41,388 nucleotides of DNA from an uncultured virus (IMG/VR IMGVR_UViG_3300011223_000002) (lineage: Duplodnaviria > Heunggongvirae > Uroviricota > Caudoviricetes), in the IMG/VR virus record IMGVR_UViG_3300011223_000002, positions 186,001 to 227,388 of that record. One strand, given 5' to 3'. This document shows, one piece after another, positions 17,555-27,535 of the stretch. The position numbers and the translations under genes are program-made. A model generated the notes under the pieces. It did no database searches and was not told the origin of the DNA. It saw only the letters and a program-made list of their open reading frames with translations. How positions within the stretch are numbered: position 1 is the stretch's first letter; each line of letters opens with the position of its first letter.

Positions 17555-20173
17555 CTACCTCACGTTGTTGTTAACACTGAAGTTGCCCTCAATGACACAA
17601 GTGGAATTTAAGTAACGGTCGTTAACCTGTTTGATAAACGCCAGTTCTTTCGCTGTCAGCACCACCCGCTCAGCGTTAGCGTAGGGCATGATGGCAAAGT
17701 AGCGTAGATCGAACTTGCGAATGACCGGGTCGTGTTCAAGCCACCAGAGGTAAGGTGCTACCACATCATGAATGGCTTGCGAACTGTACTCCTGCGCGCC
17801 GTCGATCAGAACGGGGAGTGAGACGATCCGGTTGATCAAACCGTTGACCAGAACGCTCAAGAACGGGCTGAACACCCGATACTTATCTTGCATGCTGGGA
17901 ATCACGGCCGGCGTTTGTGGCTTCGGCAACCATTTGGTCAAGTAGTCGCTCACCGACTGGTCCACCTCACGGCTTTCCTTCAACAACGGGAAGTTGTCAT
18001 ACGGCCGTGCGTACTTCAACGGCGTGTAGGTGTGCTTGACCATGTAAGGTTTGCCATTCAGCTTGCTCAGCAGGTCTTTCGGAGAGGTCAGTTCAGCACT
18101 CGGGACTTCATCAGTCGGGTACAGCGCACCACCAATGACCGTACGGGTTACGCGATCTTCTCGCAAGTTGTAGGTCTTGAAGCGACCGATCACCCCACCG
18201 TCAACAAACCCCAACTCTGTTTCAGTCCTGGGTTGCGTTTGATCCTCCCAGAAGTCATGGCAACGCACGGTGAGTTGCTGCGGACCCTGCTGAGTGATGA
18301 ACTGCTTGTTGATGATGTAGCAATACCCGTCTTTGTAGAACCAGTCCACGTTGTCGATCAATGGGTGACCGTTCAGCCAAATACTGATGTCAGCGAAGGC
18401 AATGGGGAACGCCAACCCACCTTGGTCGTACAGGTAGGTAATCGCAAAGCTCAAGCTGTGGTCAAGGTGATTCAACTGGAAGGTATACGCCAGCACGCCG
18501 GTGTTAAAGACTACTACCCCACGGCTGTTTCGAGGGTCGAGGTTTTTCCACACGATCATCCCGTCTTCAACCGTGTACACGGAAGAGTCGCCAGTGACAT
18601 CCTTCAACGCACCTACCAACTTGCTGGTTGCCACGCTGTAGTCGCTCAGGTAAACCCGGAACCCGTTCACCGGACTGACCATGAGGTCCTTGTCGGTAAC
18701 CACGTATTCCAAGTTACGCCCCGCGTTACCACTCGTGAGTTCGATCAGCGCGCAATTTGGGTTCCTGGCAACAACATAAAGCGCGTTGTTCAGGTTGTAG
18801 TAGCTGATGAGTTTACCAGCCGCATCGTGCTCCCAGACCGTGCACGCATCGCGATAACTGACAGGGAGTTGGAGTCCCATGCTGCCCGGGTTGTAGGTTA
18901 ACCGAAGGGGTGTCTCGGCCAACACACGGGTCGCAGCGTTGTAACCAACGGCTTTCAGTGCCTTCTCAACGGTGACGTCTTTAAACCGTGACCGTGTAAA
19001 GCTCTGGACCATCCCCGCTTCAAGCGCTGGCGCCTGCCACACAGGCACAGTGGACCGTTCACCCGTCATGGCTTTCAGAATGTCAGCGTCAGGCAGACGG
19101 TACAGATAGCGTATACGCTGGTGCTCATGCGGCCACGGGAAGACCCAATCCGTTTTTCGTACCAACACCAGGATACGAATATCCATGACGTTTTTCAGAT
19201 CAGGGTGGTATTCCGAGGCTGCTTGGATCTGATCATCCGCGATCGCTACGTCAACATGGGTCAGTTGCCGGATAGCTGCTTCGCTGTTGCGGTGGAAGTA
19301 CAACCCCGCATTACCCTTGCCCAGTAGATAGTAGTCGTTGTCGTCGAAATAACGACACGTCCAATCACCTGCTTTTTTCGGGGGGTGGACAATCAACTTA
19401 CGTTTCTTATCCAGCTCCGAATAGAACCCCGGCAAGGTCTTGTAGCTGTAGATCTCGGTACGGATCACTGTTGGGTCGTGCCAGAACTCAACAACATCCC
19501 CTACAGCGATATGTGGAATCGACGCAGGGGACCCATTCCAGAATGCGCCGTTCCAGAACACACCAGTAAATCCAGGCTTGAGCTTGTAGTACTGATAACG
19601 CTGGTTAAAGGCCGCTAGTTCATCCTTCAATTCAAAGACCATGGTCTCATAAGCGAAGGGATTCCCGGTGGGCAGCTGAGCGCCTTCATGGGTGGAGACC
19701 AGAGTGGTTGGGCGGTACACACGGAAGAAGATTTCAGCCCCTGTAGGGAGCTCGAAGAACTGAGACTTCTCCAAGGCAATGAGCACCAACCCGTCATAGG
19801 TCAACATCACCCATGCTTGACTGCGGCTGTACTGGTAACCTTTGGTGTTGTAGATGTCGATCTGCATCCCACGTTGTTGCATGAGACGACCAATGTTGAT
19901 CCAGCGGTCCAGGGGGTTACGGCGCGACAACCCGTTAGCAAAGTTCCAGAATCCCCCGCTCAACCCAGCCGCTGAGAAGACGTAGAAGTACTTGTCCTTT
20001 TTTGGCAAGGATCGCCAGTTGTTCATGTAGTTGAAGTTACCAATGTCACCGTAGTAGTCCGAAAGCCTTGTGGTCGCTACTTGGTATTGTTGGTTCTCTT
20101 CAGGATTCCCCCACAGATTACCGAGGGCGTATCGCAACAGCTCATTGCCGTCGTCAAAGCCTTTCATAGCCAT
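17555..20173 (-). CDS. Virion structural protein (phiKZ gp27-like; probably baseplate)
   Basis: 872-aa ORF, synteny. Confidence 0.72.
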   Translation of the reverse strand: MAMKGFDDGNELLRYALGNLWGNPEENQQYQVATTRLSDYYGDIGNFNYMNNWRSLPKKDKYFYVFSAAGLSGGFWNFANGLSRRNPLDRWINIGRLMQQRGMQIDIYNTKGYQYSRSQAWVMLTYDGLVLIALEKSQFFELPTGAEIFFRVYRPTTLVSTHEGAQLPTGNPFAYETMVFELKDELAAFNQRYQYYKLKPGFTGVFWNGAFWNGSPASIPHIAVGDVVEFWHDPTVIRTEIYSYKTLPGFYSELDKKRKLIVHPPKKAGDWTCRYFDDNDYYLLGKGNAGLYFHRNSEAAIRQLTHVDVAIADDQIQAASEYHPDLKNVMDIRILVLVRKTDWVFPWPHEHQRIRYLYRLPDADILKAMTGERSTVPVWQAPALEAGMVQSFTRSRFKDVTVEKALKAVGYNAATRVLAETPLRLTYNPGSMGLQLPVSYRDACTVWEHDAAGKLISYYNLNNALYVVARNPNCALIELTSGNAGRNLEYVVTDKDLMVSPVNGFRVYLSDYSVATSKLVGALKDVTGDSSVYTVEDGMIVWKNLDPRNSRGVVVFNTGVLAYTFQLNHLDHSLSFAITYLYDQGGLAFPIAFADISIWLNGHPLIDNVDWFYKDGYCYIINKQFITQQGPQQLTVRCHDFWEDQTQPRTETELGFVDGGVIGRFKTYNLREDRVTRTVIGGALYPTDEVPSAELTSPKDLLSKLNGKPYMVKHTYTPLKYARPYDNFPLLKESREVDQSVSDYLTKWLPKPQTPAVIPSMQDKYRVFSPFLSVLVNGLINRIVSLPVLIDGAQEYSSQAIHDVVAPYLWWLEHDPVIRKFDLRYFAIMPYANAERVVLTAKELAFIKQVNDRYLNSTCVIEGNFSVNNNVR

Positions 20174-20178
20174 ACTTG

Positions 20179-21051
20179 TTACCCGTTGAGGTCATAGGTG
20201 TAATCGATGTGCCGGAGGAAGGCATCGAGGATGCGTGGATTGTGTTTCGGATCAAGGGCCTGACCCAATGGCGTTTTCTGCAGACCACGGAACCGCGCAC
20301 AGGCATAGACAAACCCCGCCAGCAAGCACGGTGCTTCAGAAGCCGCTCCCACCACGCGACCCCCAAGACCCGAAAAGGTCAACGAGCTCAAGATGGCGAT
20401 GAAGTCTTTCATCGTGACGACCTTCAACTTGAAGAGGATCGGATTGGCCTTGGCGGCGGTCAACAGATCCTCCAGTCCCTTCATGTGAGGTACCCCCTCG
20501 ATCACACTCAGTGCAAACTCGCGGTCCGTTCTGAACACTTCATGCAGTACGTTGATGCCAACAAGTGTCAGGTCTGGTGTGTCGACCGGTTCGATAAGGC
20601 AGACAATATAGAACGCGAGGAGGTTCTTGAAGGTGGTCTCCTCCAGGATGTTCAGACCCCGTACACGACGCGACACCGATTCCGCGAAAGCCTTGGCCAT
20701 CATGTTTCGGCAGTTCTTCAACGCCGTGAGGCGAAGATTGGCGGCATCCTGCTGCAAGAAACCAGCCAACCGCATCACAGCAATGTCATTGGGGCTGGTA
20801 ACCTGGTTCTTCTTATCACGGTAGGGACGTTCATCCACCACGGTGATGGTTTGTCGCGTATGCGTCTGCAACGTCAGAGGAAACGCGATCGGATCAAAGC
20901 TCACACTGGAGGCGTGCGTGAGGCAATAGACACCCTCCTTTTTCGAAGGGGTCAGGTTATTCGACATGTGCAAGGTCTTGATAACCTCGTCGACACGATC
21001 TGCGGTGCGAAGAAATTTTCCAACCGTCGTGTCATAGGCAGAGAGATGCAT
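20179..21051 (-). CDS. Virion protein (phiKZ gp28-like)
   Basis: ATG 21051 (MHLSAYDTT) with AAGGA upstream; divergent from the sheath gene as in phiKZ-like phages. Confidence 0.68.
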   Translation of the reverse strand: MHLSAYDTTVGKFLRTADRVDEVIKTLHMSNNLTPSKKEGVYCLTHASSVSFDPIAFPLTLQTHTRQTITVVDERPYRDKKNQVTSPNDIAVMRLAGFLQQDAANLRLTALKNCRNMMAKAFAESVSRRVRGLNILEETTFKNLLAFYIVCLIEPVDTPDLTLVGINVLHEVFRTDREFALSVIEGVPHMKGLEDLLTAAKANPILFKLKVVTMKDFIAILSSLTFSGLGGRVVGAASEAPCLLAGFVYACARFRGLQKTPLGQALDPKHNPRILDAFLRHIDYTYDLNG

Positions 21052-21161
21052 AATCAACTTTTCCTTGAAATAACATGTTATGTGCCAGTGGTTTATGACA
21101 CTGTACGGCCCTAAAAATGGGTACATACGATTGCTTCAGACAATTTCTCCATGAGGTCATC

Positions 21162-23324
21162 ATGACTACCATCAACTCCATCAATCCGGGACACGTCGAA
21201 AACGGCGGGATGCGCGACATGTCCATCCCGGATTACGTGCAAGAAAAGGTTTCGATGCCTTTGCACTTGCCTGTCGTTTCGGTGGTAACGCCGATCGGTA
21301 AACTGGCATCGAAACACGGCACCCAGTGGATCTCCCCGAAAGAGTTCAAGCGCTACTTCGGTGACATCTTCGACTACAACTCCCCGTACTACAACCCGGT
21401 CTCCCGCCTGATCATGGCTGTTGCCTCCGGCGGTCAATCGACCATCGGTGTTCGTCGTGTATCGGCGAACGAAGAAGTGGCCCGTGTTCCGATGGCGGCG
21501 TTCATTTACCGTGATGCCATCTCGGACTACCAGCGCGATGCCAACGGCAAGTTCAAGTACGACATCCAAGGCAACCGCGTCAAGAACGGCAGCAAGACCT
21601 ACCAGGGTCTGAAGATCGAGATCAAACCCGATCCCGCTGCTGCGAATGTTGCTGTCGGCGCGCTCCAAGTGCGGACCATCGCTGCGGCCGGTGATGCCCC
21701 CGAGACGGTGGTGTACCCGCTGTTCGAAGCCATTGCCGGCGTGGGTGAGGAATACAACCTCTCCGGCCTGAACTTCGGCACGCCAAGCGACACCGGGACC
21801 ATGCGTTCGGTAGCCGCCTTCGTGAAAGCCAGCGGCGTCTATCCCTTCCAGTTGAGTCAGTTCACCGACTCCCTGACGGGTGAGCGCACCAAGGCCACCA
21901 CACCAGAAGGTCGTGTGACCGCACCGTTCACACTCTTCCCTGTGGAAGTCAGCCGTGTGGACTACAGCCTCGAGCGTGGTTTCGGCGCCTTCACTGGCAC
22001 CAACCAGAACCGTCCTCGCCTGCCACTGCCAGCACCGTTCTCCTCTGTGCATGTGTACAGCGAGAACATCGACACCGTGTGCCAGCTGCTCTACCAAGTG
22101 GAGCAAGAAGTCAACACGTCGCTCGTTGAAGTCGGCGCTCCGGGCACCTACTACAAGCAGATGAACCCGTTCACCTGCACCAACCACCTCGGCGCGCCGT
22201 ACTACGCCGTGGAAATGGTCGGTACCCTGAAGTGGGACATGAGCGCTTCGGTGAAGGCTTCCGGCGGCGTTTCGCCGTTCCTGCTGAAAACCGGTAAGGT
22301 CCCCGAGTACGTGAGCGATGAAATCGTCAACGACCCGCTCGGCCTGCTGGCGGACATCAAGCGTCCGCTTACCCATGCGCAAGGCTGGGAGATCAACAAC
22401 GAGCTGATCGCTGCTGACCTCAAAGGCTACGTGGCCGGCATCGAGATGAAGGATGTCACCCGCAACCGTCAGTCGCTGTGGTGGGACGTTGGCTACGGCC
22501 AAAAGGTCAAGGACATCCAGGCTGAGTTCCTCGCTGCCCGGAAGGACATCATCGTGGTTGGCGATGGTACCATCTGGTCGCCTGGTGTGATGAACGACCT
22601 GGAAGAAGTGTATGCGCGCGCGCAACTCGCTTCGGCCAGCTTCCGCCTGACCCCGGAATCGGAAAAGTGGGGTACCCCTGCTTCCCGCGCCGCGGTGAAC
22701 ATCATCGAGATGAAAATCACCGATGAGAAAACCGGCTGGTACTTCTCGGGCAATATCGACCTGGCCCACAAGTTCGCGCGCTTCGCTGGCTCGAACAGCG
22801 GTCTGATCGTGGTGGCAAACTGCCCAGATCACGGTGAAAACCGTAAGCTGACCCTGGGTCACTCGCCGAACATCGTCTTCGAAGAGAGCACGGTGGCCAT
22901 CGAGAACTTCGCGCAGGGCTTCATTACCCTGAAGCCATGGGACAGCTTCACCCAGACCTACCGTCCGGGTCTGCCGACTGTGCAAACCAACCCCGACTCG
23001 GTGCTGAAGGACCTGGTAACTCCGTTCCTGGGCGTCTGCATCGAGAAGTTGTCTGCTGACCAATGGCGTGAAGTGTGCGGTGATACCACCATCACCAGCG
23101 ACAACTACGCCAGCATCATGAAAGACAACATCGAGGAATCCTGCCGCAACGCCGTGGGTGGCATGGTGAGTAACATCACCGCTGAAACCTACTACGAGGA
23201 AGGCACGCTTGGTTCCCGCGCCAAACTCCGGGTCAAAGTCCATGCTTGGTTCAACAAGGCCAAGTACCAAATGGAATTCGACCTGTTCATGTACAACCAG
23301 CAGGATCTGGCCACCGCGGCCTGA
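21162..23324 (+). CDS. Contractile tail sheath protein (phiKZ gp29-like)
   Basis: 720 aa, GAGGT RBS; sheath-like FGDIFD, WDVGY, PESEKWGTPASRA motifs; highly biased codons; synteny. Confidence 0.85.
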   Translation: MTTINSINPGHVENGGMRDMSIPDYVQEKVSMPLHLPVVSVVTPIGKLASKHGTQWISPKEFKRYFGDIFDYNSPYYNPVSRLIMAVASGGQSTIGVRRVSANEEVARVPMAAFIYRDAISDYQRDANGKFKYDIQGNRVKNGSKTYQGLKIEIKPDPAAANVAVGALQVRTIAAAGDAPETVVYPLFEAIAGVGEEYNLSGLNFGTPSDTGTMRSVAAFVKASGVYPFQLSQFTDSLTGERTKATTPEGRVTAPFTLFPVEVSRVDYSLERGFGAFTGTNQNRPRLPLPAPFSSVHVYSENIDTVCQLLYQVEQEVNTSLVEVGAPGTYYKQMNPFTCTNHLGAPYYAVEMVGTLKWDMSASVKASGGVSPFLLKTGKVPEYVSDEIVNDPLGLLADIKRPLTHAQGWEINNELIAADLKGYVAGIEMKDVTRNRQSLWWDVGYGQKVKDIQAEFLAARKDIIVVGDGTIWSPGVMNDLEEVYARAQLASASFRLTPESEKWGTPASRAAVNIIEMKITDEKTGWYFSGNIDLAHKFARFAGSNSGLIVVANCPDHGENRKLTLGHSPNIVFEESTVAIENFAQGFITLKPWDSFTQTYRPGLPTVQTNPDSVLKDLVTPFLGVCIEKLSADQWREVCGDTTITSDNYASIMKDNIEESCRNAVGGMVSNITAETYYEEGTLGSRAKLRVKVHAWFNKAKYQMEFDLFMYNQQDLATAA

Positions 23325-23334
23325 GGACTGAGCA

Positions 23335-24291
23335 ATGGCAAACGAAACTAACTATCCGCACCGGTCAGCGGATACCCTTCTGCCGGCATCTGACCCGTTG
23401 GCCGTCGCCCTGGACTTGCAAAACCGTCCAGTGGTCAAAGCTGAAAAGGGTGGGATGTTCGGCTGGGCCGGTAACGTCTTCGAGTACCTGAGTGCCGAAC
23501 CGCACACCAGCCAACAAGCGTGGTGTATCGTTCTCAGCACGCCGGCCGGCTTCTCGCGCCTGCGTGGTGGCACTGGCTTGCATTCCCTGTGCAAGTCGTT
23601 CTTCGAAAACCGCTCGCAGAGCTTCGAAGGCTTGCGTGAGTCCATCGAGTTCAGCTTTGCTGAAATCTCCTGGACCGGTCACGTGCTGTCGATCCCGACC
23701 GGGGCAACCCGTTCGCAGGGCAACATCTCGCACACCGCTCCTGAAGCGCTGGGTGAGCCGTTCACCAAGATGTTCAAGGTCTGGTCCGAATGGCTGGTCA
23801 TGGATGCTGAGATCCAGTACCCCAAGATCGTCATTCTGCCCAACCCGGGTCCGTTGCTTCTCGACGACCGCTCGGCCTCGGCGATCTACTTCGAAACCAC
23901 CCACAACCTGCAAGACGTTGCACACGCCGCGCTCGTTGTAGGGATGATGCCGAAGACGAACGTTCCGATCGAGCTGAAACGCAACAAGTCGGAAGAGAAC
24001 CAGGTTCGTACCATCACCATGGAATTCACTGGCTTGGTCGAGTTCGACACTCTCGCCGTGAAAACCATCGCACGCAAGATGCTCCGTCTGCTGCCGATGT
24101 ACAACCCGAACGCCATCTCGGCGCCAGAAGGCTTCCAACAGCCGTCTGCTGCTGTGCTGTCTTCGCCATCGGGTACCATCAACCGCATGACTGAGCAGAA
24201 AGCTACCATGGTTGACCCTGGTCTGACCGGATTCCAGGATCGTGCTGGCGGTACTGGCCCGATTGCTAGCGAAAACGGTTACATGTTGTAA
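23335..24291 (+). CDS. Tail tube protein (phiKZ gp30-like)
   Basis: 318 aa directly after the sheath gene, GAGG RBS, beta-rich. Confidence 0.78.
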   Translation: MANETNYPHRSADTLLPASDPLAVALDLQNRPVVKAEKGGMFGWAGNVFEYLSAEPHTSQQAWCIVLSTPAGFSRLRGGTGLHSLCKSFFENRSQSFEGLRESIEFSFAEISWTGHVLSIPTGATRSQGNISHTAPEALGEPFTKMFKVWSEWLVMDAEIQYPKIVILPNPGPLLLDDRSASAIYFETTHNLQDVAHAALVVGMMPKTNVPIELKRNKSEENQVRTITMEFTGLVEFDTLAVKTIARKMLRLLPMYNPNAISAPEGFQQPSAAVLSSPSGTINRMTEQKATMVDPGLTGFQDRAGGTGPIASENGYML

Positions 24292-24307
24292 GTTAAAAGG
24301 TAACGAA

Positions 24308-24340
24308 TACCCCCTCCAGCCTTGCGGGCTGGAGGGGGTA
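24308..24340. terminator. Bidirectional terminator hairpin
   Basis: 14-bp stem TACCCCCTCCAGCC/GGCTGGAGGGGGTA between convergent genes. Confidence 0.78.
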
Positions 24341-24353
24341 CCTTTATGGAACT

Positions 24354-24785
24354 TTAAGTAGGCTGCGCGACCCGTTCACGACGGCGAAATACTGCACCAC
24401 CGACACAAGCCAGTGCACTGTTCTGACGTATGATCACTTCACGATAAATGTCCAGGTCCTTGGAGTGTGAGCGGTTCTTCGAGAAGTCGGGGTTATGGGT
24501 CAGCACGAAGAAATCCATCTGCTCATCACTGTAGCACAGAGGGAACCGGATCTCCCAACCGTCAAACCGTCGGATAAACGCCGGAGCCTGGTAGTCGGCC
24601 GAACGAACGAGCCTGATCTTCCCGCTGTACACCCCGATGGAGAAACTGAAGACTTTGCCAGTCGGAGTTTCATCCACAGAGAACTTCATGGGCTTCCGTT
24701 CCCACCACCAGAGCAGGATCGCCATACAGGCAACCGCCATGGCGAAAGACATAAACGCTTTAGAAAGCAACTCAGATCCAGGCAT
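24354..24785 (-). CDS. Hypothetical protein with N-terminal membrane anchor
   Basis: GAGGA RBS; hydrophobic AFMSFAMAVACMAILLWWW followed by ERK. Confidence 0.65.
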   Translation of the reverse strand: MPGSELLSKAFMSFAMAVACMAILLWWWERKPMKFSVDETPTGKVFSFSIGVYSGKIRLVRSADYQAPAFIRRFDGWEIRFPLCYSDEQMDFFVLTHNPDFSKNRSHSKDLDIYREVIIRQNSALACVGGAVFRRRERVAQPT

Positions 24786-24797
24786 TTGACTGTCCTC

Positions 24798-25475
24798 TTA
24801 ATCGATCTGTAAAGTTAGGGTTGAATTGAGGTTTTTCTTGAAGAGGGATATTTCAGATGCGAAAATACCTTTAGCTGCATCTGAAATACCTCCCCATAGA
24901 TTACCCGTGGGACCGTAGATGCTCCAGAAAAGCTCATCCAGCTTCTTACCCGTCGCCAGCCGGTTATGGTTGCGCACGAACTCATTGTAGACCTTCTCAT
25001 AGTTCTGCCCAACGATGTCTGTTAGCTTCTTGGTGTTACTGGCCACTAACTGCATCTTGATAAACGTGTTCAGCCGCAAACTGCTGGTTCTTTGAGGACG
25101 GCAGTTCTGGGTGATAAAACGTTCATCGTCGGTGCTGAAGACACCATCTGCATAGGTGCGCAGGAAATACCAAGCGACGCCGGGTGCGGCGTCATACGGG
25201 TACACACTCGTGATTGGATGACCGATCTCCAATAACATGACTAGGGCGAAAACAACCTTCCTCTCATGCTCGTCGAATTCAGCCGCCCGACGCATCAGTA
25301 AATTGGCCACGAACAAGGAGTCTTTTAGGTACTTGTGGTCGTACTCATCCTCCTTGTTATTCTTCATGTGCGTGAACACTGCTTCAACGAAGAGTGTTGG
25401 CAACCGACCCTTAACAATCGCCTTGACTGATTCCAGCAGCTCAGTATCCTTTAATGTAACCATTTCAATGGTCAT
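24798..25475 (-). CDS. HD-domain-like protein with degenerate metal-binding motif
   Basis: ATG 25475 with GGAG RBS; YDHKY...VFALVMLLEIGH aligns by eye with HD-family AxLLHDIGH. Confidence 0.5.
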   Translation of the reverse strand: MTIEMVTLKDTELLESVKAIVKGRLPTLFVEAVFTHMKNNKEDEYDHKYLKDSLFVANLLMRRAAEFDEHERKVVFALVMLLEIGHPITSVYPYDAAPGVAWYFLRTYADGVFSTDDERFITQNCRPQRTSSLRLNTFIKMQLVASNTKKLTDIVGQNYEKVYNEFVRNHNRLATGKKLDELFWSIYGPTGNLWGGISDAAKGIFASEISLFKKNLNSTLTLQID

Positions 25476-25534
25476 ACAACTCCCGGACACACAAAAAAAA
25501 ATAAAGCAAGTGAATGGATTACCCCTTAGCGGGG

Positions 25535-25978
25535 TTAGTCAGCCGGGATCATCTTGTTGAAGAGCTCAGTATCACTGAATTCATCTTTCAAGGTGCCCGG
25601 CTTACAGGGTTGATAAACGGTCTCTTCGCCGTTATTCATTATTTGAAGGTAGCCTGATTTCTCACTACCTTTATCCACCACACCCACCGTATAAAACCAT
25701 GAGCGATCAGCATTAGGAATCAACACTTCACGCACCATGGTATTTTCTTCTCGATGGTTGTAGAACGTTGTGCCGATTCCTTCAGCATCGTTCTTGACCA
25801 CCGTAGCAGTCCCACTGAGTACACCAACCTGCAACGCCCAACGATCATCCGCCGAACGTTCCAGGTTAATCTCAGTGCCGTCATCCAGGGCGCAATGAAA
25901 CATCACGCCCTCTTTATCGGAAAGATCCGCTAACGCTGCGGTGGACAACAACAGCAGTAAACCCAACAACCAATTCAT
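25535..25978 (-). CDS. Secreted/periplasmic protein with Sec signal peptide
   Basis: MNWLLGLLLLLSTAALA|D signal; two cysteines in the mature part. Confidence 0.7.
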   Translation of the reverse strand: MNWLLGLLLLLSTAALADLSDKEGVMFHCALDDGTEINLERSADDRWALQVGVLSGTATVVKNDAEGIGTTFYNHREENTMVREVLIPNADRSWFYTVGVVDKGSEKSGYLQIMNNGEETVYQPCKPGTLKDEFSDTELFNKMIPAD

Positions 25979-26070
25979 GACATGTTACCCCTGTTTGCTT
26001 ATGTAAGGTGACACAGATTACCCCGAAGCGAGCAGCCGTCCAAACCAGTTTGGCTTGCTAACGCTCGGGG

Positions 26071-26544
26071 TTACAGCTTTGGGGAAGGCAGGTCCTCGAT
26101 CTCGGTCACGGTCCTGCTAGAACGCGAGTTCATCCGACTGTTCAGGTTGTGCAGAGCCGTCCCGATGTTGCGACCGACGTCGTAATCGCAGATGGCCAAC
26201 GAGAACTGAGCAATCGACAACCGACTGCTGCCCAGCATGAAATCCAACGCCGCGTTCGAGTTGTACAGCAGTGCGAACGAAGAGGACTTCCGAGAAGGCG
26301 GATACTGCTCGAAGATAACGACGGTGTCCATGTCAGTACCGATCAGGATCAACCGGCGACCCGATTCAGGATCAACGGATTTAACAACCACCCCCATAGG
26401 AAGTTTAACGTTAACAGCGCCGTCGTAAGAGTTGCCGTTATCGCTTCTCCAATTGGGGTTGAACGCAACAGGACGAGCGATTTGTTTCAGAACGTTTTCG
26501 AAACGCTTAGCGAGTTCGATGCTTTCATCAATGGCTTTCAACAT
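26071..26544 (-). CDS. Hypothetical protein, probably early-expressed
   Basis: 157 aa, AAGGAGA RBS, own promoter motif. Confidence 0.75.
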   Translation of the reverse strand: MLKAIDESIELAKRFENVLKQIARPVAFNPNWRSDNGNSYDGAVNVKLPMGVVVKSVDPESGRRLILIGTDMDTVVIFEQYPPSRKSSSFALLYNSNAALDFMLGSSRLSIAQFSLAICDYDVGRNIGTALHNLNSRMNSRSSRTVTEIEDLPSPKL

Positions 26545-26592
26545 GAGGATTCTCCTTGAGATAGTTAAGAAAGCTAATGCTTAATCAAGGAG

Positions 26593-26609
26593 GTTATATA
26601 GGTCTGAAT
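26593..26609 (-). promoter_or_regulatory. Putative early promoter ATTCAGACCTATATAAC
   Basis: Recurrent motif, located just after a terminator. Confidence 0.6.
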
Positions 26610-26622
26610 ACTTGCAAAACTT

Positions 26623-26670
26623 AAAAAAAAAGAACCCTACCCAGCATGCCCTTTGCGGGCATGCTGGGTA
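26623..26670 (-). terminator. Intrinsic terminator after tmk
   Basis: 14-bp stem TACCCAGCATGCCC/GGGCATGCTGGGTA with a T9 run downstream on the minus strand. Confidence 0.8.
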
Positions 26671-26677
26671 AGAGAAC

Positions 26678-27331
26678 TTAGGATTTCCATACGGTGATAA
26701 TAGCTCGGAGGTAATTCAGTACTTCGCTGAGCACATCTTCAGCAGCCCTCGATGCGTCAATAACCTTGTAACGCAGAGGCTCATCTCGCGCCAGCTTGAG
26801 GTAAGTCTGACGCATCTGTTCCTGCATGTGCAGTGTAGCGCTGTCAAACATGTCAGCGGATTTCTCACCTTCTGACACACGCTCGGCTGCAACTATGGCG
26901 GGACAGTCCATGAGGAATGTGATCGAAGGGTACATCCCGATGGCCACGTCATGAAGCTCGCGAAGCTTCTCGAGAGGAATACCGTTGTAGACATGTTGAT
27001 AAGTAAAGGTGGTGTCACAGTAGCGATCGGTCACCACCAGTTTGCCTTCAGCAACGGCAGGTTTGATCAACTTCGCGACGTGGTCTTGACGCGCAACGTT
27101 AAACAACAGCGCCACCGCCATGGGATCCAACTGTTGATCTTTCAAACCTGGGAATCCTCCTCTGAGAAGATCACGCAGGTATTCAGCGTGCGGTGTACCG
27201 CCTGGCTCACGGGTGATCAGGAACTTGCCAGGAAGCACGCTCTCCAGCATAGCGCTTACACGTTTACAAACTGAGGACTTACCCGAGCCACCGATCCCTT
27301 CAAAGGAGATAAACAATCCTTCTTCTGCCAT
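26678..27331 (-). CDS. tmk: Thymidylate (dTMP) kinase
   Basis: FISFEGIGGSGKS P-loop, TREPGGT, VVTDRY, IDAS; likely start ATG 27331. Confidence 0.9.
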   Translation of the reverse strand: MAEEGLFISFEGIGGSGKSSVCKRVSAMLESVLPGKFLITREPGGTPHAEYLRDLLRGGFPGLKDQQLDPMAVALLFNVARQDHVAKLIKPAVAEGKLVVTDRYCDTTFTYQHVYNGIPLEKLRELHDVAIGMYPSITFLMDCPAIVAAERVSEGEKSADMFDSATLHMQEQMRQTYLKLARDEPLRYKVIDASRAAEDVLSEVLNYLRAIITVWKS

Positions 27332-27341
27332 TCTCAGCAAC

Positions 27342-27533
27342 TCACTCTTCAGGGCCAAAACCGAAAGCATATTCGACTGGCTTGTTAGCGGAACGAACGA
27401 TATTGAATTCACCGTCCGGTCGCGCTGGGTTATAGGGGATCAACGGAGTGGGCTCATGGGGGACCACTTTACCCATTTTGTTCAACAACTCCATGTTGGG
27501 TTGGCTTTTCTTTTGCGTGTTCGTATCGCCCAT
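27342..27533 (-). CDS. Small hypothetical protein
   Basis: 63 aa, GGAGG RBS, fits between its neighbours. Confidence 0.55.
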   Translation of the reverse strand: MGDTNTQKKSQPNMELLNKMGKVVPHEPTPLIPYNPARPDGEFNIVRSANKPVEYAFGFGPEE

Positions 27534-27535
27534 GA

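Noticed and set aside
21111..23270. 719-aa ORF antisense to the tail sheath gene
   Set aside because: Mirror-frame ORF produced by strong codon bias; no motifs or RBS
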